A stretch of DNA of 62,460 nt, counting the filler, from Dugesia japonica (lineage: Eukaryota): the NCBI GenBank assembly GCA_001938525.1. It is 6 parts of 6 records of this genome, joined end to end, with 100 filler letters (N's around TTAATTAATTAA, not from the genome) between each part and the next. Parts side by side here need not be neighbours in the genome. Positions count along the whole stretch, not along the records: positions 9,608 to 18,661 come from MQRL01646926.1; positions 18,762 to 27,097 come from MQRL01614531.1; 4 more parts are not named here. One strand, written 5' to 3'. The number at the start of each line of letters is the position of its first letter. Within the stretch, counting starts at the first letter, position 1. Positions 12,765 to 26,398 of the stretch are shown here, one piece after another. Both the position numbers and the translations under genes were made by a program. The notes below the pieces were generated by a model. That model saw only the letters and a program-made list of their open reading frames with translations, did not search any database and was not told the DNA's origin.

Positions 12765-13400
12765 TTAATGAATGGCTCTGACCAACTCCTCTACTGATGG
12801 AGCCCTGCCTTTTGGGTATTCATTTCTCGGATCTACATCTTTTACTATGTTCCCAGAAAATATCTCTTCACTTTCATCATTGTTCTCCTCTCTAATTGCA
12901 TAGATTTTTTTGGTCCGACTCCAATCTTTCGTTTGTTGTCCGCTTTTAAAATTGTATCTTCTCTCTTCTAGTCGTGGTTTGTTTATGTTCAAATAACATT
13001 CTACCACTCTGTGACCTGGTCTTTTACATTTACCGAATATAATCTCAATGCACATCCTTCTGATGTCACCAATCTTACCACATCCAAAACATTTTGGTGG
13101 CTTCTTGTCTGGAAATTTTCTACTTAAATGCCTTTTCTTGTGGACAATCCAGCATTCCACTTGTGAATTTTTGGGGCACTCTGTTTTTGTGTGCCCATAA
13201 CTCTGGCATGTCCAACACTGTGGTTCTGTTATTTTCGTAACTCTCTTAATGTTTCGTCTCCTGTCTCTGGTACCTTCTTCACGAGTTACTCCCGCGTAAC
13301 TCTTCACAACGTTAATAAGTTCTTTTCTTTCTATTTTTCAACTAGTGAAAGTGTTCCTTTATATTTTCTACTTTCTCCAATTTCTGCATGATTAACTCTT
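12765..13400 (-). mobile_element. gag: Ty3/Gypsy gag C-terminal fragment with CCHC zinc knuckles
   Basis: CWTCQSYGHTKTEC, CFGCGKIGDIRRMC, GKCKRPGHRVVEC; C-terminal YPKGRAPSVEELVRAIH* resembles YPNDRVLLLNKLLKTIH* at ~37383-37435. Confidence 0.8.
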
Positions 13401-14724
13401 CTTCTGCTATTTACTATCTGCCCATAATATTAGCATTTTGCTTTAAAATTTAGAAAATTAAAAATTATATTTTTGTTTTAAAATTTGGAGAATTAAAAAT
13501 GGTATTTTGAATTTATCAGAAAATAATTTCCAGTTAAAGCATGAGGTTTAAATTTGTTTGAATAAGCAAATAATGATGTTATCGTTTTGGTTGTGAATAA
13601 ATTTTGCTATGGAATCAAGTTTTGATATTAATGATCCGACGATTACTTCAAACTCATCCAACAGCCATGTTATTTTTATATACCACAGTTTACGTTTCAC
13701 CATTATAATACTTGTATTATCATTTCTAATTCTTTTGTGNNNNNNNNNNNNNNNNNNNNNNNNNNNNNNNNNNNNNNNNNNNNNNTTCCATCCTGTTTAT
13801 CTTAAACCTCATAGTTATTTGCATCTCGGCCTCTGAATTGATCTAACAGCTAATTGTGTCTTTCACTTTAGTGTCAATTTCAGCCTCCTCATTAAGTCAC
13901 CTTGAGCCTCACGACCATGTTTCATAATGTCCTTCTATCGTAGCCATTGTATCTCATAGTTCATTTCGCCATTATTTGCATCTTCATTTCATCAATCTTT
14001 GCATTTTAATTTCTTCATAATTTATATTTGGATTTGATCATTCTTTGAGACTTGATTTCATCTTTATTCACATATCTGGGTTTCATCATTATTTGCATCT
14101 GGATATTATCAATTTTTGCCTCTTACTCGCCTTGTTATTTACATTTGAATTTCATCACTATTTGCATTTCAATGTCATCATAAATTACATCTTGACATCG
14201 GTTACCTCTTTAATTCATTTTTTATTTTAGTTCACATTGGACTGGAGGATGATCTCGGCATTGTGCTCTTCTTGTAATAACTGGAAATTACTTTATTCAA
14301 TCGTTTTCTGATATTGATAGCTGGTTAATTTCGATACTCGATACCAAGTGTTCAACAATATCTTTAAATTTCTAAAGTAGTGTTGTTAAAATTTTTGTAT
14401 CTATGTTGATTTTCAAAAGTAATGTGTCTAAAGTAGTTGGTTTTTTTATTTTTACATGTTGCTTTTATACTGATTCTGTTTACGTAGGTTTTACTTATCG
14501 CGTGAATGATTATTTATAGAAATCGTCCTGCGTTACGTTTAGTTTTCTCATTAAACTTACCATTTTTTAATCTTTTCATTCGTTTATTACTCCAGAAAAT
14601 ATGTTACAGAATAACCTTTTAAATTTGAACTCGTGTCATTGTTTTTTATCTATAAAGCGTAGCATCATCCTCCGTTAATTCACATCGTTATCATTCTGCA
14701 TTGTTCATATTACCACAATATCTA

Positions 14725-16589
14725 TGTTGGGGTGAAACACCTGATTAGAGAATAAAAATTGCGGTAGGTAAAGCCGAAAGTGAAAGATATTCACCAAATA
14801 AGGAAACAAAGAATCCAGACAAAGAAAAGCCGCAATTCAGTGAAAGAAAAAAATAATAAAAGGAAAAACCAAGATTGGCAGTTAAAACTAACGTAATTAC
14901 CAATAAAATCTAAAATTACAGCAAGAAATAACTCAGAAATAAGAAAGCCAAAAAGAAGTAATAGAAGCTATTAGCAGGACAAAGAAAATAATGAATAACA
15001 ATTATTTTATTAGGCAAAAATAAGGAAATCATATTGAACTAATAATTGAAGAAAGAGAAAATAAATTAAATGAATTAATTAATGAAAGCAAAACGACGAA
15101 CTTAAATTAATTTCATATCAGAAAACGAAAAATGAACATCAAATTATTAATTAAGAAGAAAATAAAATAAATAATTTATTTATTTAAATAAAATAAATCA
15201 AACAATGTGGCAAAAATGACGACTTCCCATCTAGCAAAAATTAGTAATTAAGAAAATTATGGTCAAAAAAAATTGTAAATTTCGAAAATTTAAGTTAAAA
15301 AACCATAGCAAGACTAAGAAAGGGTTTTAAGATTAGCCAACTGAGTTCCAGTAATTTTGGAATTCCAAAATTTGAGCCAATAAGAAGAACTCAGGTGACA
15401 ATCAAGCCAATAGGAACGTTAGAAATATCGTACGATGCCCAGTATCCAATAGAAGAACAGGGGTGTAAAGAGAAACCGGTATAAATACCGTTTAAATTTC
15501 AGACGAAACAACTCATAAAAAATTTTTTGAAGTGAAAACTAAATCAAACGCTAGTTAAAGTCCATCGAAAAATTCCTGAAGTAAAACTTGAACAAAACTC
15601 GAACTGAAAATTAACTAATTTTAAAGGTAAACACTCATTAACGATTTTTGACAATGGTTTACGACTCAAGAGATTCTACCGTAAATTGTCAAAGTATTAT
15701 CAATCAGGTGATCCTGATGTGCTTGCTCTAGATCGAGATGCAGTCCATGTTAGTTTTTTGTTTGATTAATGTAAATTTAATTTAATGTGTAAGAAACAAT
15801 AATATCATTTTCAATAACCGGATTTCTTTTATTTAATGATAAGGCGAACTTTCACCAGTAATTAAAGCTAAAATAAACTCACCTTCTGATAACTAAGTAG
15901 TAAGTAAAATAATCAATTTAAACCGTTCATACTATGGTTCTTCGCTCATGATAAATTAAAATAAAGATTTTCCCACTAAAATAACTTCTCTTTTCTAGTA
16001 AACAGTGCCTCCCATGAAGTGTTGTTGACCCAAAATAATGATGAAATTTGGCGCGAACGGGTGAGGTTAATTAATAATAGACTTAGTGACAAGTCGTGCT
16101 GATATAGTTCACAGATTATAAACAATATTTAATTAACTACAAAGAGGTATATTGATGATTTTTCCGTTATAAAATCAGGACGTCAGGATAATAATAAGCT
16201 CACATGGCACTTAACCTTCGCTAATGATTTTTAAAGTTAACCATAATAGTCATCACTTTAACTACTAGACCATATACTCAATACTCACTCATCATAACGA
16301 GTATAGATATGGGGAAACATTGATTACACATGGATATACAATGAAAAGCACTGACACCATTGACTAATAGGCAATAGAGATTAAGTATGTCTTGAAGATC
16401 AAGTGAGTATCATGAAGTATGAACCCGATCCAAAGGAATGCGAGCACGCACTCGAATTCCGAGTCAACGGCTCCATTCCAAGGATCTGGATTTTTGGGGA
16501 CACCAGATAAAATTATTTGTGGGGTTTTACTAGGGCGACCACCCTAGACTTAATTACAAAAATCAGCCCACCTAGATAAAACTACAGCA
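14725..16589 (+). mobile_element. solo LTR (1865 bp)
   Basis: TGTTG...CAGCA termini flanked by exact TCTA duplication (14721-14724, 16590-16593); internal CCAAT boxes, TATA and AATAAA. Confidence 0.8.
15337..15487 (+). promoter_or_regulatory. LTR promoter: CCAAT array plus TATA box
   Basis: CCAAC 15337, CCAAT 15377, 15407, 15446; TATAAATA 15480-15487. Confidence 0.65.
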
Positions 16590-17000
16590 TCTATATCGAT
16601 TCAAAAATAGTAGTCTTGAATTTGAAAGTAGTCAACTTTGAAATTAAAGTTCATTTAATGAAATTTGTTTATTTTTAAAGGTCACCTAAATGTAACATTA
16701 TAATGTTAGCAGACAAATATAAATATTGAATATTAGCAAACAATGATTATAAATAATTTTATAATGAAATACTATACTATATACACTTTTATACATTTAT
16801 GATAAATCTTTAATAATACAATTATGATAATAATACTTTACTGATTTTATTTTAATTTTCCGATCATATAATTTCATTTTACAATATTAATACCAATAAT
16901 AATAATTTTAATTTAATAATAATAATCATTCTTTATTCTATTTTATAATTACAATTATTGTGAGAATAATTGTTGGACTTAACCATTGATCGCATTTGAG

Positions 17001-17096
17001 ATTTCATTAAAATAAGAAAAAGCTTCGATCAAAATAAAATTTATTTTACAAAATAAATTTTATTTTGATCGAAGCTTTTTCTTATTTTAATGAAAT
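17001..17096. repeat. perfect 47-bp inverted repeat with 2-nt loop
   Basis: 17001-17047 is the exact reverse complement of 17050-17096. Confidence 0.95.
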
Positions 17097-18661
17097 TCTT
17101 TATTCTATTTTATTTTTGTTTTAATTTTTTTTATAATACCATTTCATTTTAATAATTACAAATTTTCACTAACAATCGTTTCTTTAAATAGATATCTTAC
17201 ATTTATTTTATTCTATAATAATTTAATTATAATTCTACTTTTATATCAGTTATATAGTTATACATNAAATATATAGATTTTGTTCCCTCCGTTCTATTTT
17301 CAAGAATTTTTTTTCCATGATCTATTTAAAAGGATTTATAACTTCATACCAATGTAAAATTATTACCACACAAAATTAATTCAATATTTTCCATAGAAAC
17401 TAACTGTGAAAATTGAAATGTTAGAGAAATAATTACCAAATGAATGAGTGTATGGCAGTTAAGTAGGTTTGAAAAGATATGAAAGGTACAAATACTAGTG
17501 TAAATAATTTAAATATTAAATAAAAGTATGAATATTTTTACANNNNNNNNNNNNNNNNNNNNNNNNNNNNNNNNNNNNNNNNNNNNNNNNNNNNNNNNNN
17601 NNNNNNNNNNNNNNNNNNNNNNNNNNNNNNNNNNNNNNNNNNNNNNAAAACGATAGCAAAAAATAAATAACTCTATTTAAAATAAAACTGTACTGTTAAA
17701 TATTTCGATCAATATCTAATCCGTAGAAATATATAGCAATAAAGTTCTATTTTAAATGATGTTATTTATTTTATATCACGCATTATTTTTATTTTTATTC
17801 GGACTTGACAGAGCAATTCTGTAAATCCGGTATTACAAAACTTTTTCTGGGAAAAATAAATTCCTAAACATTTTCCTTGTATACGTGGTATGTCATTCAT
17901 AAAATCGATAATAAACAACTATATGAAAATTTCTATAAAATTCAAACAAAAATCAAAGATTTTAATCGATATATTCAGTAAAAAAAATTAAAAACTAATT
18001 AAAATATATTTTTATTTTTATCTAAGTAAAAACAAAACAAAAAGATATTTAGTTNNATATAACAAAAAGTAAATATTTAAGAGGGATAAAAACAAGTGGT
18101 AGGTTGAAAACTAGGACAATAGAGCAAAACAGCTGTCAGAAAACATTTGATTGAAGTGTTGATTGACCGTCAAGCATCGCTTATATCGATATTTTTGAGT
18201 GACTTTTGTAATTGATGCTTTATTGATTGCAATTCCTTTACCACTTGAAAGTAACATACATGCATTATCACAATCCATTCACAAGAGAATGGGTTTATTG
18301 TGTGTTTGTGTGTGTACATTGGGTTATATGCATATGAGTAGTCTTGAGAGACGATTAAACATGATTTTCGCGGCCTCTTATTTGATCGAATGTAGATAAA
18401 ATCGAAGAATAATGATGTTTTTTCTATCAAGACGACGGTAAAATAATAAACATTAAACCTTAATAAAAACAATCATCACAGTCAGAATTAAGACATAAAA
18501 AATAAAAAGTAGTTAAATAAATTTTTTTATCAATTTAATGACTTTCTGGGTTTATTTTTGATGTTGACAATGTTTGTCATTTATGTAAATAATATAGGAA
18601 TTTACATTTGTCGGAAAAATAAAATAAAATAATCAAAATCCAAGTTAATACAATGTTTTTT

Positions 18662-18761
18662 NNNNNNNNNNNNNNNNNNNNNNNNNNNNNNNNNNNNNNN
18701 NNNNNTTAATTAATTAANNNNNNNNNNNNNNNNNNNNNNNNNNNNNNNNNNNNNNNNNNNN
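18662..18761. other. artificial scaffold linker
   Basis: 44N-TTAATTAATTAA-44N. Confidence 0.95.
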
Positions 18762-19712
18762 GCAAAGATGATGAATATGATAAGATAAAGTGATAAATTA
18801 TACGAAATTGAATTTATTTTTATTTTTCCTGATAGCAATGCATCACACATAAATAGAAACAACATATTCCTAAGACGGACTAACACTAAACTAAAAGGGC
18901 GGTTACTGCACTACCATAACAAGGAGTCACCGGAACCAAACCGAGAGCGTGTAAGGGACACACGACGTTAAAATGCTTATGGTTTTCATGAGTATGCCCC
19001 AACTATTACATGAATAACATCATTTAAANNNNNNNNNNNNNNNNNNNNNNNNNNNNNNNNNNNNNNNNNNNNNNNNNNNNNNNNNNNNNNNNNNNNNNNN
19101 NNNNNNNNNNNNNNNNNNNNNNNNNNNNNNNNNNNNNNNNNNNNNNNNNNNNNNNNNNNNNNNNNNNNNNNNNNNNNNNNNNNNNNNNNNNNNNNNNNNN
19201 NNNNNNNNNNNNNNNNNNNNNNNNNNNNNNNNNNNNNNNNNNNNNNNNNNNNNCACTACTTGTTTCCATTAAAAATTTATTTACAAAACCAAGCTATAAT
19301 TATCATTATTTGTTTGTTCAACCAAATTAAAGCTCTTTGCTTAGTTGGAAATATTTTTCTTTTAATTTATTAAAGTTAAAAATAAAATATTCCTTTGTTT
19401 AATAAAGGTTTCAGTTAAAACATTTAATATTTTAAAATAAATAGTCATTTTATTTTTTAATTTATTGGTCAAATAAAAAAGTCTAGCATAAATTATGAAT
19501 AAAAACATTTGAACTATTCCTTAAACTAATTATTAAATTTTGTCTAAAAATTTAATATTTCTAATTCACATTTTTAATAATGTAATTTCTTATCCGATTC
19601 AAACTTTTTCATTTTAAAATCATTTTAAGAAACAGATTTTCAATCCGCTTTTCAAAACATACTAATACTAATAATAGTAATAATAATAATAATAATTAAT
19701 AGTAATAATAAT

Positions 19713-20960
19713 TGGGGTTGCGACTACAAATTAATCAGTAGTTAAGTGAAGAAAGAGANAAGAAATAGAGTATAGTATATGGAATATTGATTATTGGAAA
19801 GATAAAAATAAAAATACAAGATATAGCAGTATATCATGAGATATTAATATCAGAATACAAGATATCATTCGCAAAAAAGGTTGTGATCAGTATATTGTTT
19901 GAAGAGCAAGTGGAAGGAACATCCGAAAAATTTTAAAAAAAAAGAAAGCAATTAATTTGACGAATTTGAAAGCTAAGAAGGAAAAATAATCCATTTTATA
20001 TAGTATTTAGAGAAGGAAAGACTAAATAATTTAATTGTTTGATACAACTTAACATATTAGTGAGAAAATCACTCAATATAATTTAGAATTTTAGAAGAAA
20101 CAAAATTAAATCAGATTTGTTAGTCAAAAGAAATTTTGCAAAATAAATTTAAGATGCAAAGATTATGTTTGTGGTAAGAAAATCAGCAAAGAAAATTGGA
20201 AGAAGATTTGAGACTTATCCAATCACAAAACAGTAAATTGAAATCCAAGAAATTGATCAATCAGAGAAGAGATAAGAGCACAGTAGGAGAATGAAATCAA
20301 CAATATAAGTAGCTGCACATGTCAGATTTTCTGTCATTTTCAGTTAGTTAAATTTTTCAAGTGAAGCTACTGTTAAAAGTACGAAGATTCGATTGAAGCC
20401 ACCGTACGCCCGTCAACGCCAGAATGTTTCAATTAGTGCCATCTGGATACTGTGTTCAAGTAGATATACCTTCTATTATGAAAATTATTTAGGCGTAAGT
20501 GTTTATATTCCTATAGGATATTTAGGAATTATTGATTTTAACGTATTTATGCAACCGTTTAACTTCATTGTAAGTCTTAATACATCTTATTAGTACTGTT
20601 CTTTTGTTCATTTATTTAATTTTAATATTGTGTTTGATTTAATATTTTTATTTAATTTATATTTATTTATTAAATTTTTTATTTAATTTTTATTTTATTT
20701 AATTACATAAGATCATGATTAAGTTTGTACATTATAATAGAGCTGGTGTTATAATTAACAAATTAATGACTTCAATATGAATTTTGATCACTGACTAGAA
20801 GAAAATTGTTTGGAAGAATAGATTAAATTTGAAATTAACCGTAAAAGGTAGGAAATACCTGTGGAGAATAAATGAATTTGGGAGTGGACCTTATACTAGT
20901 GACGTTAAAGGTTCAGAAAGTAAGATTTATTAAACCCAAACTAAAAACTNATTTGTAATA
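19713..20960 (+). mobile_element. probable degraded long LTR
   Basis: A-rich U3-like block, CCAAT ~20219, TATAA ~20304, later AATAAA; same layout as 14725-16589 but termini and TSD not recoverable. Confidence 0.35.
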
Positions 20961-21673
20961 ATAATTGTTTATATAGTTCCAAAAAACATTTAAAATGGTT
21001 TAAATTAAATGAGTAATTATATTTGATAAAAGAAATCGAAGGGTAGTCATAAAAAGCTTTGGTTATTATTGCAATCAACAATTATTTTTATTGAAGCTAA
21101 ATCTAGAAAATTTAGAGTTTCAGAAAATTATTTAATCAAAATAATAAAAAAATTTCTTTCTGAAAAATTTAATGACAGCAACAAATCATTCAAATGCCAA
21201 CTGTCATTTTGAGGTTCAAGATGATTACATTTATTTATTATTTTGATTACTCACATTAATTGATTATAATAATTTTTTATTATTCATTTCATCGGAAAAT
21301 AATATTTTTCCCGGAATTTTACTTGAATTTTGTTCTATAAAAAAACTTATTCATTATTTTTTATTTAGAGAAATAATTTATACGATAATAATAACAGTAA
21401 TTATCTGCTACTATTTCGTGAGTAAAATAGAAAATAATTTCAATTATTACTTAATTTATTACTGGTCATTGTATTCTCGAAAGAGACTATTTTATTTTAT
21501 CATTATATTTTTTATTTAGAAAATCAATTATATTATATTTTTAGTTTATTATAAATTTATTTTTAATAGAATGCTTCTTATTTTATCTTTGGAATGGTAA
21601 TTCTACGTGGAATTGTGATTGATTTCTGATGTAAATTTCATCGAAATAATTGAATATGTTTTTTCTTTTTTCT

Positions 21674-22033
21674 TCATTTTGTATATTTTCTGAGTTTTTG
21701 ATCAGTAATAATAAAAGTAGTTTCGAAATATTCCTAAATTCCGGATTTCAACAGATATAGAATAGATTTCTTAATTGAATTCTCAATCTGAATTACCTGA
21801 TAATTCTCAGTTGAAACAGTTCCTAAACGTCTTATTACACAGATGTACATTACAACATGGTAACTGGGTTTTGCTAATTATTTTAATTTTGTTTTTTAAA
21901 TCATCATATTTTACTTTATTACCTCTATCTATTGTTACATAATCTTCAACTGAGTCAATCGGCCATTTCAAGTCAACTAGAAATATATTTTTCTTTTCCG
22001 AATTAATATCAATGCGTTTTAATGAATATAGAA
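21674..22033 (-). CDS. 3' end of spliced host gene, unknown protein (exons 22033-21923, 21873-21797, 21733-21674)
   Basis: Two GT-AG introns (49 and 63 nt) with matching phases give LYSLKRIDINSEKKNIFLVDLKWPIDSVEDYVTIDR-AKPSYHVVMYICVIRRLGTVSTENYQ-EYFETTFIITDQKLRKYTK*; absent from the ORF track. Confidence 0.75.
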
Positions 22034-22629
22034 CTAAAGAACAAGTACGATCTATTAAAAATTTTAAGTCATGTGATTATACGCATTGAATAATGATTTT
22101 AATGCATGCGTTATGATTTTTGTTCCTAAAGATTAGTTACTGTCATAAATTTGTAAAATATGTGACTTTGTTTCTTAGTGAAAATGGCTTTATCGATATA
22201 GTATATTATTCAAAGTAATGTTATTGGGTAGAGCTTTTATTGATAGTATGTTTGAGAGACCTCTGTGATTAAAATTTCATTTAAGTTAACCCAAAATATT
22301 ACAAAAGATTATTTCATTGACGCCCTGGACTAAGACGTACAGCATCAGCTAAAATGTTGCTGTTATTTATTTTATGAAACTTTTTTGAATAAGAATTAAC
22401 TACGAATTCATGCGGTAAAATGACAACTTGTTTTTTGGAGTCAATGTTTACAGTAACTGCATAATTGGTAATACCAATTCGCTGTATTATTTAATTNAAC
22501 TCTTCTTTAAACAAAAGACTTATGCCATGCTTTTTTTAAAAGTAATCAATTAAACTTCGTGGAAGCATAAATTGTGTTATTGCCATATTACGATTTTTAT
22601 CGTCTAACGGGTTGATAAATTTCGTACAG

Positions 22630-23081
22630 TGTTATTTATTGATTATTTATTGGATTAAAAAGACCACTTTGCGAAACAGACGATTGGTTGTCGCGTTGTC
22701 TAAAGCTAGCTGCCGCTTACAGAAAGTATCCAGCTGTCGAAAAAATTGTTTTTTTCTCTGAATATGTCGTAATATCTTGACGCAGCACTTATAAACGTGC
22801 CGCATAGGCGCAAGCCTCGCCGTATTCGGTGACACTTGGTGATTGATCTTGGAAACTGATAAGTAAGCACTGAAAATAACGAAATTTACTTATAGTAAAT
22901 ACAATTAAGATCATTGAAATGGATAATTATGCACACAAGAATTTAGATACAAAAGATATTCAGGGTCAGATTCTGATCTGAGTAGCCTTATTTACGACTA
23001 AGGTATCAAGAGACACTCGTGATATTAACTAAAGAACGTCTTCTACCAGACAGTTTTCCCATTCGTGCGATTGTTACAACA
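22630..23081 (+). mobile_element. probable LTR (~450 bp)
   Basis: TGTT...AACA termini, GC-elevated, ATTGG and TATAAA inside; followed by tctcggcgaaggat, a possible degenerate PBS. Confidence 0.4.
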
Positions 23082-24719
23082 TCTCGGCGAAGGATTCTAG
23101 CTCCGCGTTCCATAGCCGTTCTTCCGCATCATTGATGGTTTTTATATTTATTTTACTCACTCTATCTAATTTATTTCTGGATTTAACTATGAAAATCATT
23201 TATGACATAGTGAGATTTATCAAACAAGTCAAAGGGTTATTTTTACTCTTTACATTTTTGCTCTTTTCAATGTCTTCCAATGGTGGTAATTTTTGGTTAT
23301 CACCTAAAATTTTGTTCTTTGTCTTTACTGCTTTTCATTGGTTGATTTTTAGCTACCCTTTTCTTATATTTTTACGGATTTATATTTTTTTAATTAACAA
23401 ATTCGAATTTGTTTTTTTCTAATTCTTCCAAATTTTCTTATCCTATCTTTTTCCTATCATTCTAACCGAAGTTATTTCTCTATTTGTTTATTTTTCGTTA
23501 GTTAATCTTTGTTTGCGTGATCTTTGTATTAATTAATTTTGATTTTCTTAAATTTTAGCTTCATAGATTTCGGAAATGTGTACTATTAGATAGAGCTTGA
23601 AGAAGAATATCAGGACAAAACGGTGTTTTAAACGTTTTACTGTATATTTGCAATAATCATTTTCATGATGCGTCATTGAGTGTGATCTATAGGCAACAAC
23701 TCTTTCTCTATTTTCTTAATCTCTCAGTGGCAATACTGCTCCAAAAGTATCAAAACTGACATCTGTATCTAATATAAATTCACTTTATTGAAACACAACT
23801 CAATTATTTTACTTAATTCAAATAAAACATCATTTGAATTATATAATTTAAACACAACATAATAAATTTTACCTCATTTAATCATCAAACGAAAATCACT
23901 TTTACGTAAACTTTGCGGAATTGTTCAGTAATCATCACAAAAGCCTTACGTATTCAACATGCTAATAAAATTTCGAGCCATCAAATGAAAATATTTCGGC
24001 TTTTATTACGTAATCTCACACCTACATTTGAACCAATCAAATCGCTGGAAACATGTGTGTACGCGAGGCTTCGGTTTTTCGGACCGATCTACCTATTTTT
24101 ACTGTCTCTTCTTATATATGTTAATCAGTGATGATATTGCCATTTAGAATATAATCAACCATGTGCTTCATAATGATGTTAAATTCAGTTTTCAATTGTT
24201 TTTCATCTAGAGATTTATATTAAATGATTTATTATCAAAATACGGTTGTTTAGATTTTTTTAATTTAATACCACGAGGAAACTGTTGATAGATAATATCT
24301 AATGTGTTATCAGAGGTTTTAAAAGATTTTCCATAATATTAATTAAATAATTAATTCTTTCTTTATGATTTGAGTTTAATACGGTTTTTGACATATATTT
24401 GAGCTATAAGTTATAATTAAAACTAGTTCTTCAAAAATATCTCTAATTTCCATAAGATTAATGTCAATTACCTAAATATTGTTTGCATAAAAGCTTTTGA
24501 TAAAATAGCAAATCAAGATATTGCTTTGTTTCTCACCAACTTCTCATAGTTTGTACTCTAGACCAACTAATAGTATAAAATGAAAACAAACTGATATTTC
24601 AAAATAATGTATGAAAATAACCATTTATTTTAATATTTTACAAAATTAGATTGCGAAGAAATATTTAACCAAAAATGACCAAATTATAACAGAAATATGC
24701 CAAACTTTAACAATAATTT

Positions 24720-25614
24720 ATCATTGTAGACCAGAAAAGACTATAAACAAGCAATAATTGACCATCTCTATGAAATTTCTTACTAAAATTTACCATCCAT
24801 AAATAATTCTCAATCAAAAGGGACTTTTATTATTAGTGAACAAAATTAGTATTACCGAGGAAATTCCTTACCAAAACTAATCAGAACTGCCAAAATTGAC
24901 GAAAGCCCAAAATACTATAAAACATTCCATCAGAAATAGACCAAAACTAACTTTTCCGAGTAAATGTTCAACCAAAATCAATAGTACGAAAATATCTTGC
25001 ACTACTTCAATCGTCTAGTATTTCCTCTACATTGGGCATCAAAAATGCCCGTTTTTACTATCAAAACTCGATTTCATAACAAAATCTTTGGTCAAACAAA
25101 AGCTATAAACATAAATTTTCTTTANNNNNNNNNNNNNNNNNNNNNNNNNNNNNNNNNNNNNNNNNNNNNNNNNNATCATTGTAGACCAGAAAAGACTATA
25201 AACAAGCAATAATTGACCATCTCTATGAAATTTCTTACTAAAATTTACTATCCATAAATAATTCTTAATCAAAAGGGACCATGTATAGAAAATCATCAAT
25301 GTAAATGGAAACTTTTATTATAAGTGAACAAAATTAGTATTACCGAGGAAATTCCTTACCAAAACTAATCAGAACTGCCAAAATTGACGAAAGCCCAAAA
25401 TACTATAAAACATTCCATCAGAAATAGACCAAAACTAACTTTTCCGAGTAAATGTTCAACCAAAATCAATAGTACGAAAATATCTTGCACTACTTCAATC
25501 GTCTAGTATTTCCTCTACATTGGGCATCAAAAATGCCCGTTTTTACTATCAAAACTCGATTTCATAACAAAATCTTTGGTCAAACAAAAGCTATAAACAT
25601 AAATTTTCTTTATT
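24720..25614. repeat. near-identical direct duplication across an N gap
   Basis: 24720-25124 repeats at 25175-25614 with a few SNPs and a ~30-bp indel; likely uncollapsed haplotypes. Confidence 0.85.
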
Positions 25615-26314
25615 CAAACAAATTTTAAAATTCATATATAAAAGCGAATAATATTAAATATCAGCAGTTGTTAAAATTGTAAATAAATACATATTTTATT
25701 TATGTAATTTTATATTTTATTCTTCTGATACAAATTTTAAATACAAATTTGACTTTAATAAATTTCGCCTTAAAACATAAAAAATTTAAATCTGTTTTAA
25801 AAAACTATCTAATAATTTATATCTTATTTTTTGGTTTCGTGATTTAATTTACCTAAGTTAATCTTAAAAGACAATATATATTTGAACAATAAAATATCAT
25901 TAATTAGTTATATCGGATTTATTTACATTAATATTTACTTTTCGCAAAAATCAATTATATTTATTTGGAAGAGTTCCAATATTTACAATATTTACAATTG
26001 AAACTATATATTGGTTAACGATTATTCTCGCACAATATTTTGACAATTGATTGATTTTATAAAAGTAATTTATTTTATTCGAAAAAAAATGGAAAGAAAA
26101 AGACAAAAATAAATAAACTAATTTTTATTTGTTATATAATACTTGAAAGCAAACAAATCACAGTTATATCAAACTAATATATAAAATAAAACGAAAACAA
26201 TATTTTGTAATTGTTTATTAAAACTAAAATAATTCATTTCATATAAATATTCCAANATTGATATTGAAATTCATCTTTCAATAAAATAAATCAGGAATCT
26301 ATATTTTCTAAAAG

Positions 26315-26398
26315 ATCAGAAAAATGATCCATTGAAGATAAAGATAAAACTAAGAAATCTAACAAATCATATTCCGTGTACATACAAAGTGAATTTGT
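26315..26398 (+). CDS. candidate internal exon
   Basis: aaag|...|gtatgt, 84 nt, phase 1-1, QKNDPLKIKIKLRNLTNHIPCTYKVNL. Confidence 0.25.

Noticed and set aside
16049-16066. tggcgcgaacgggtgagg as a tRNA primer-binding site
   Set aside because: Lies inside the TSD-bounded LTR, not directly after a CA end, and no gag follows
24100-24130. CTGTCTCTT resembling Tn5/Nextera adapter
   Set aside because: Diverges after 9 nt; more likely a native transposon end, unclassified
24720-25614. Recent tandem duplication
   Set aside because: Near-identical copies flank a gap; most likely an assembly or haplotype artefact
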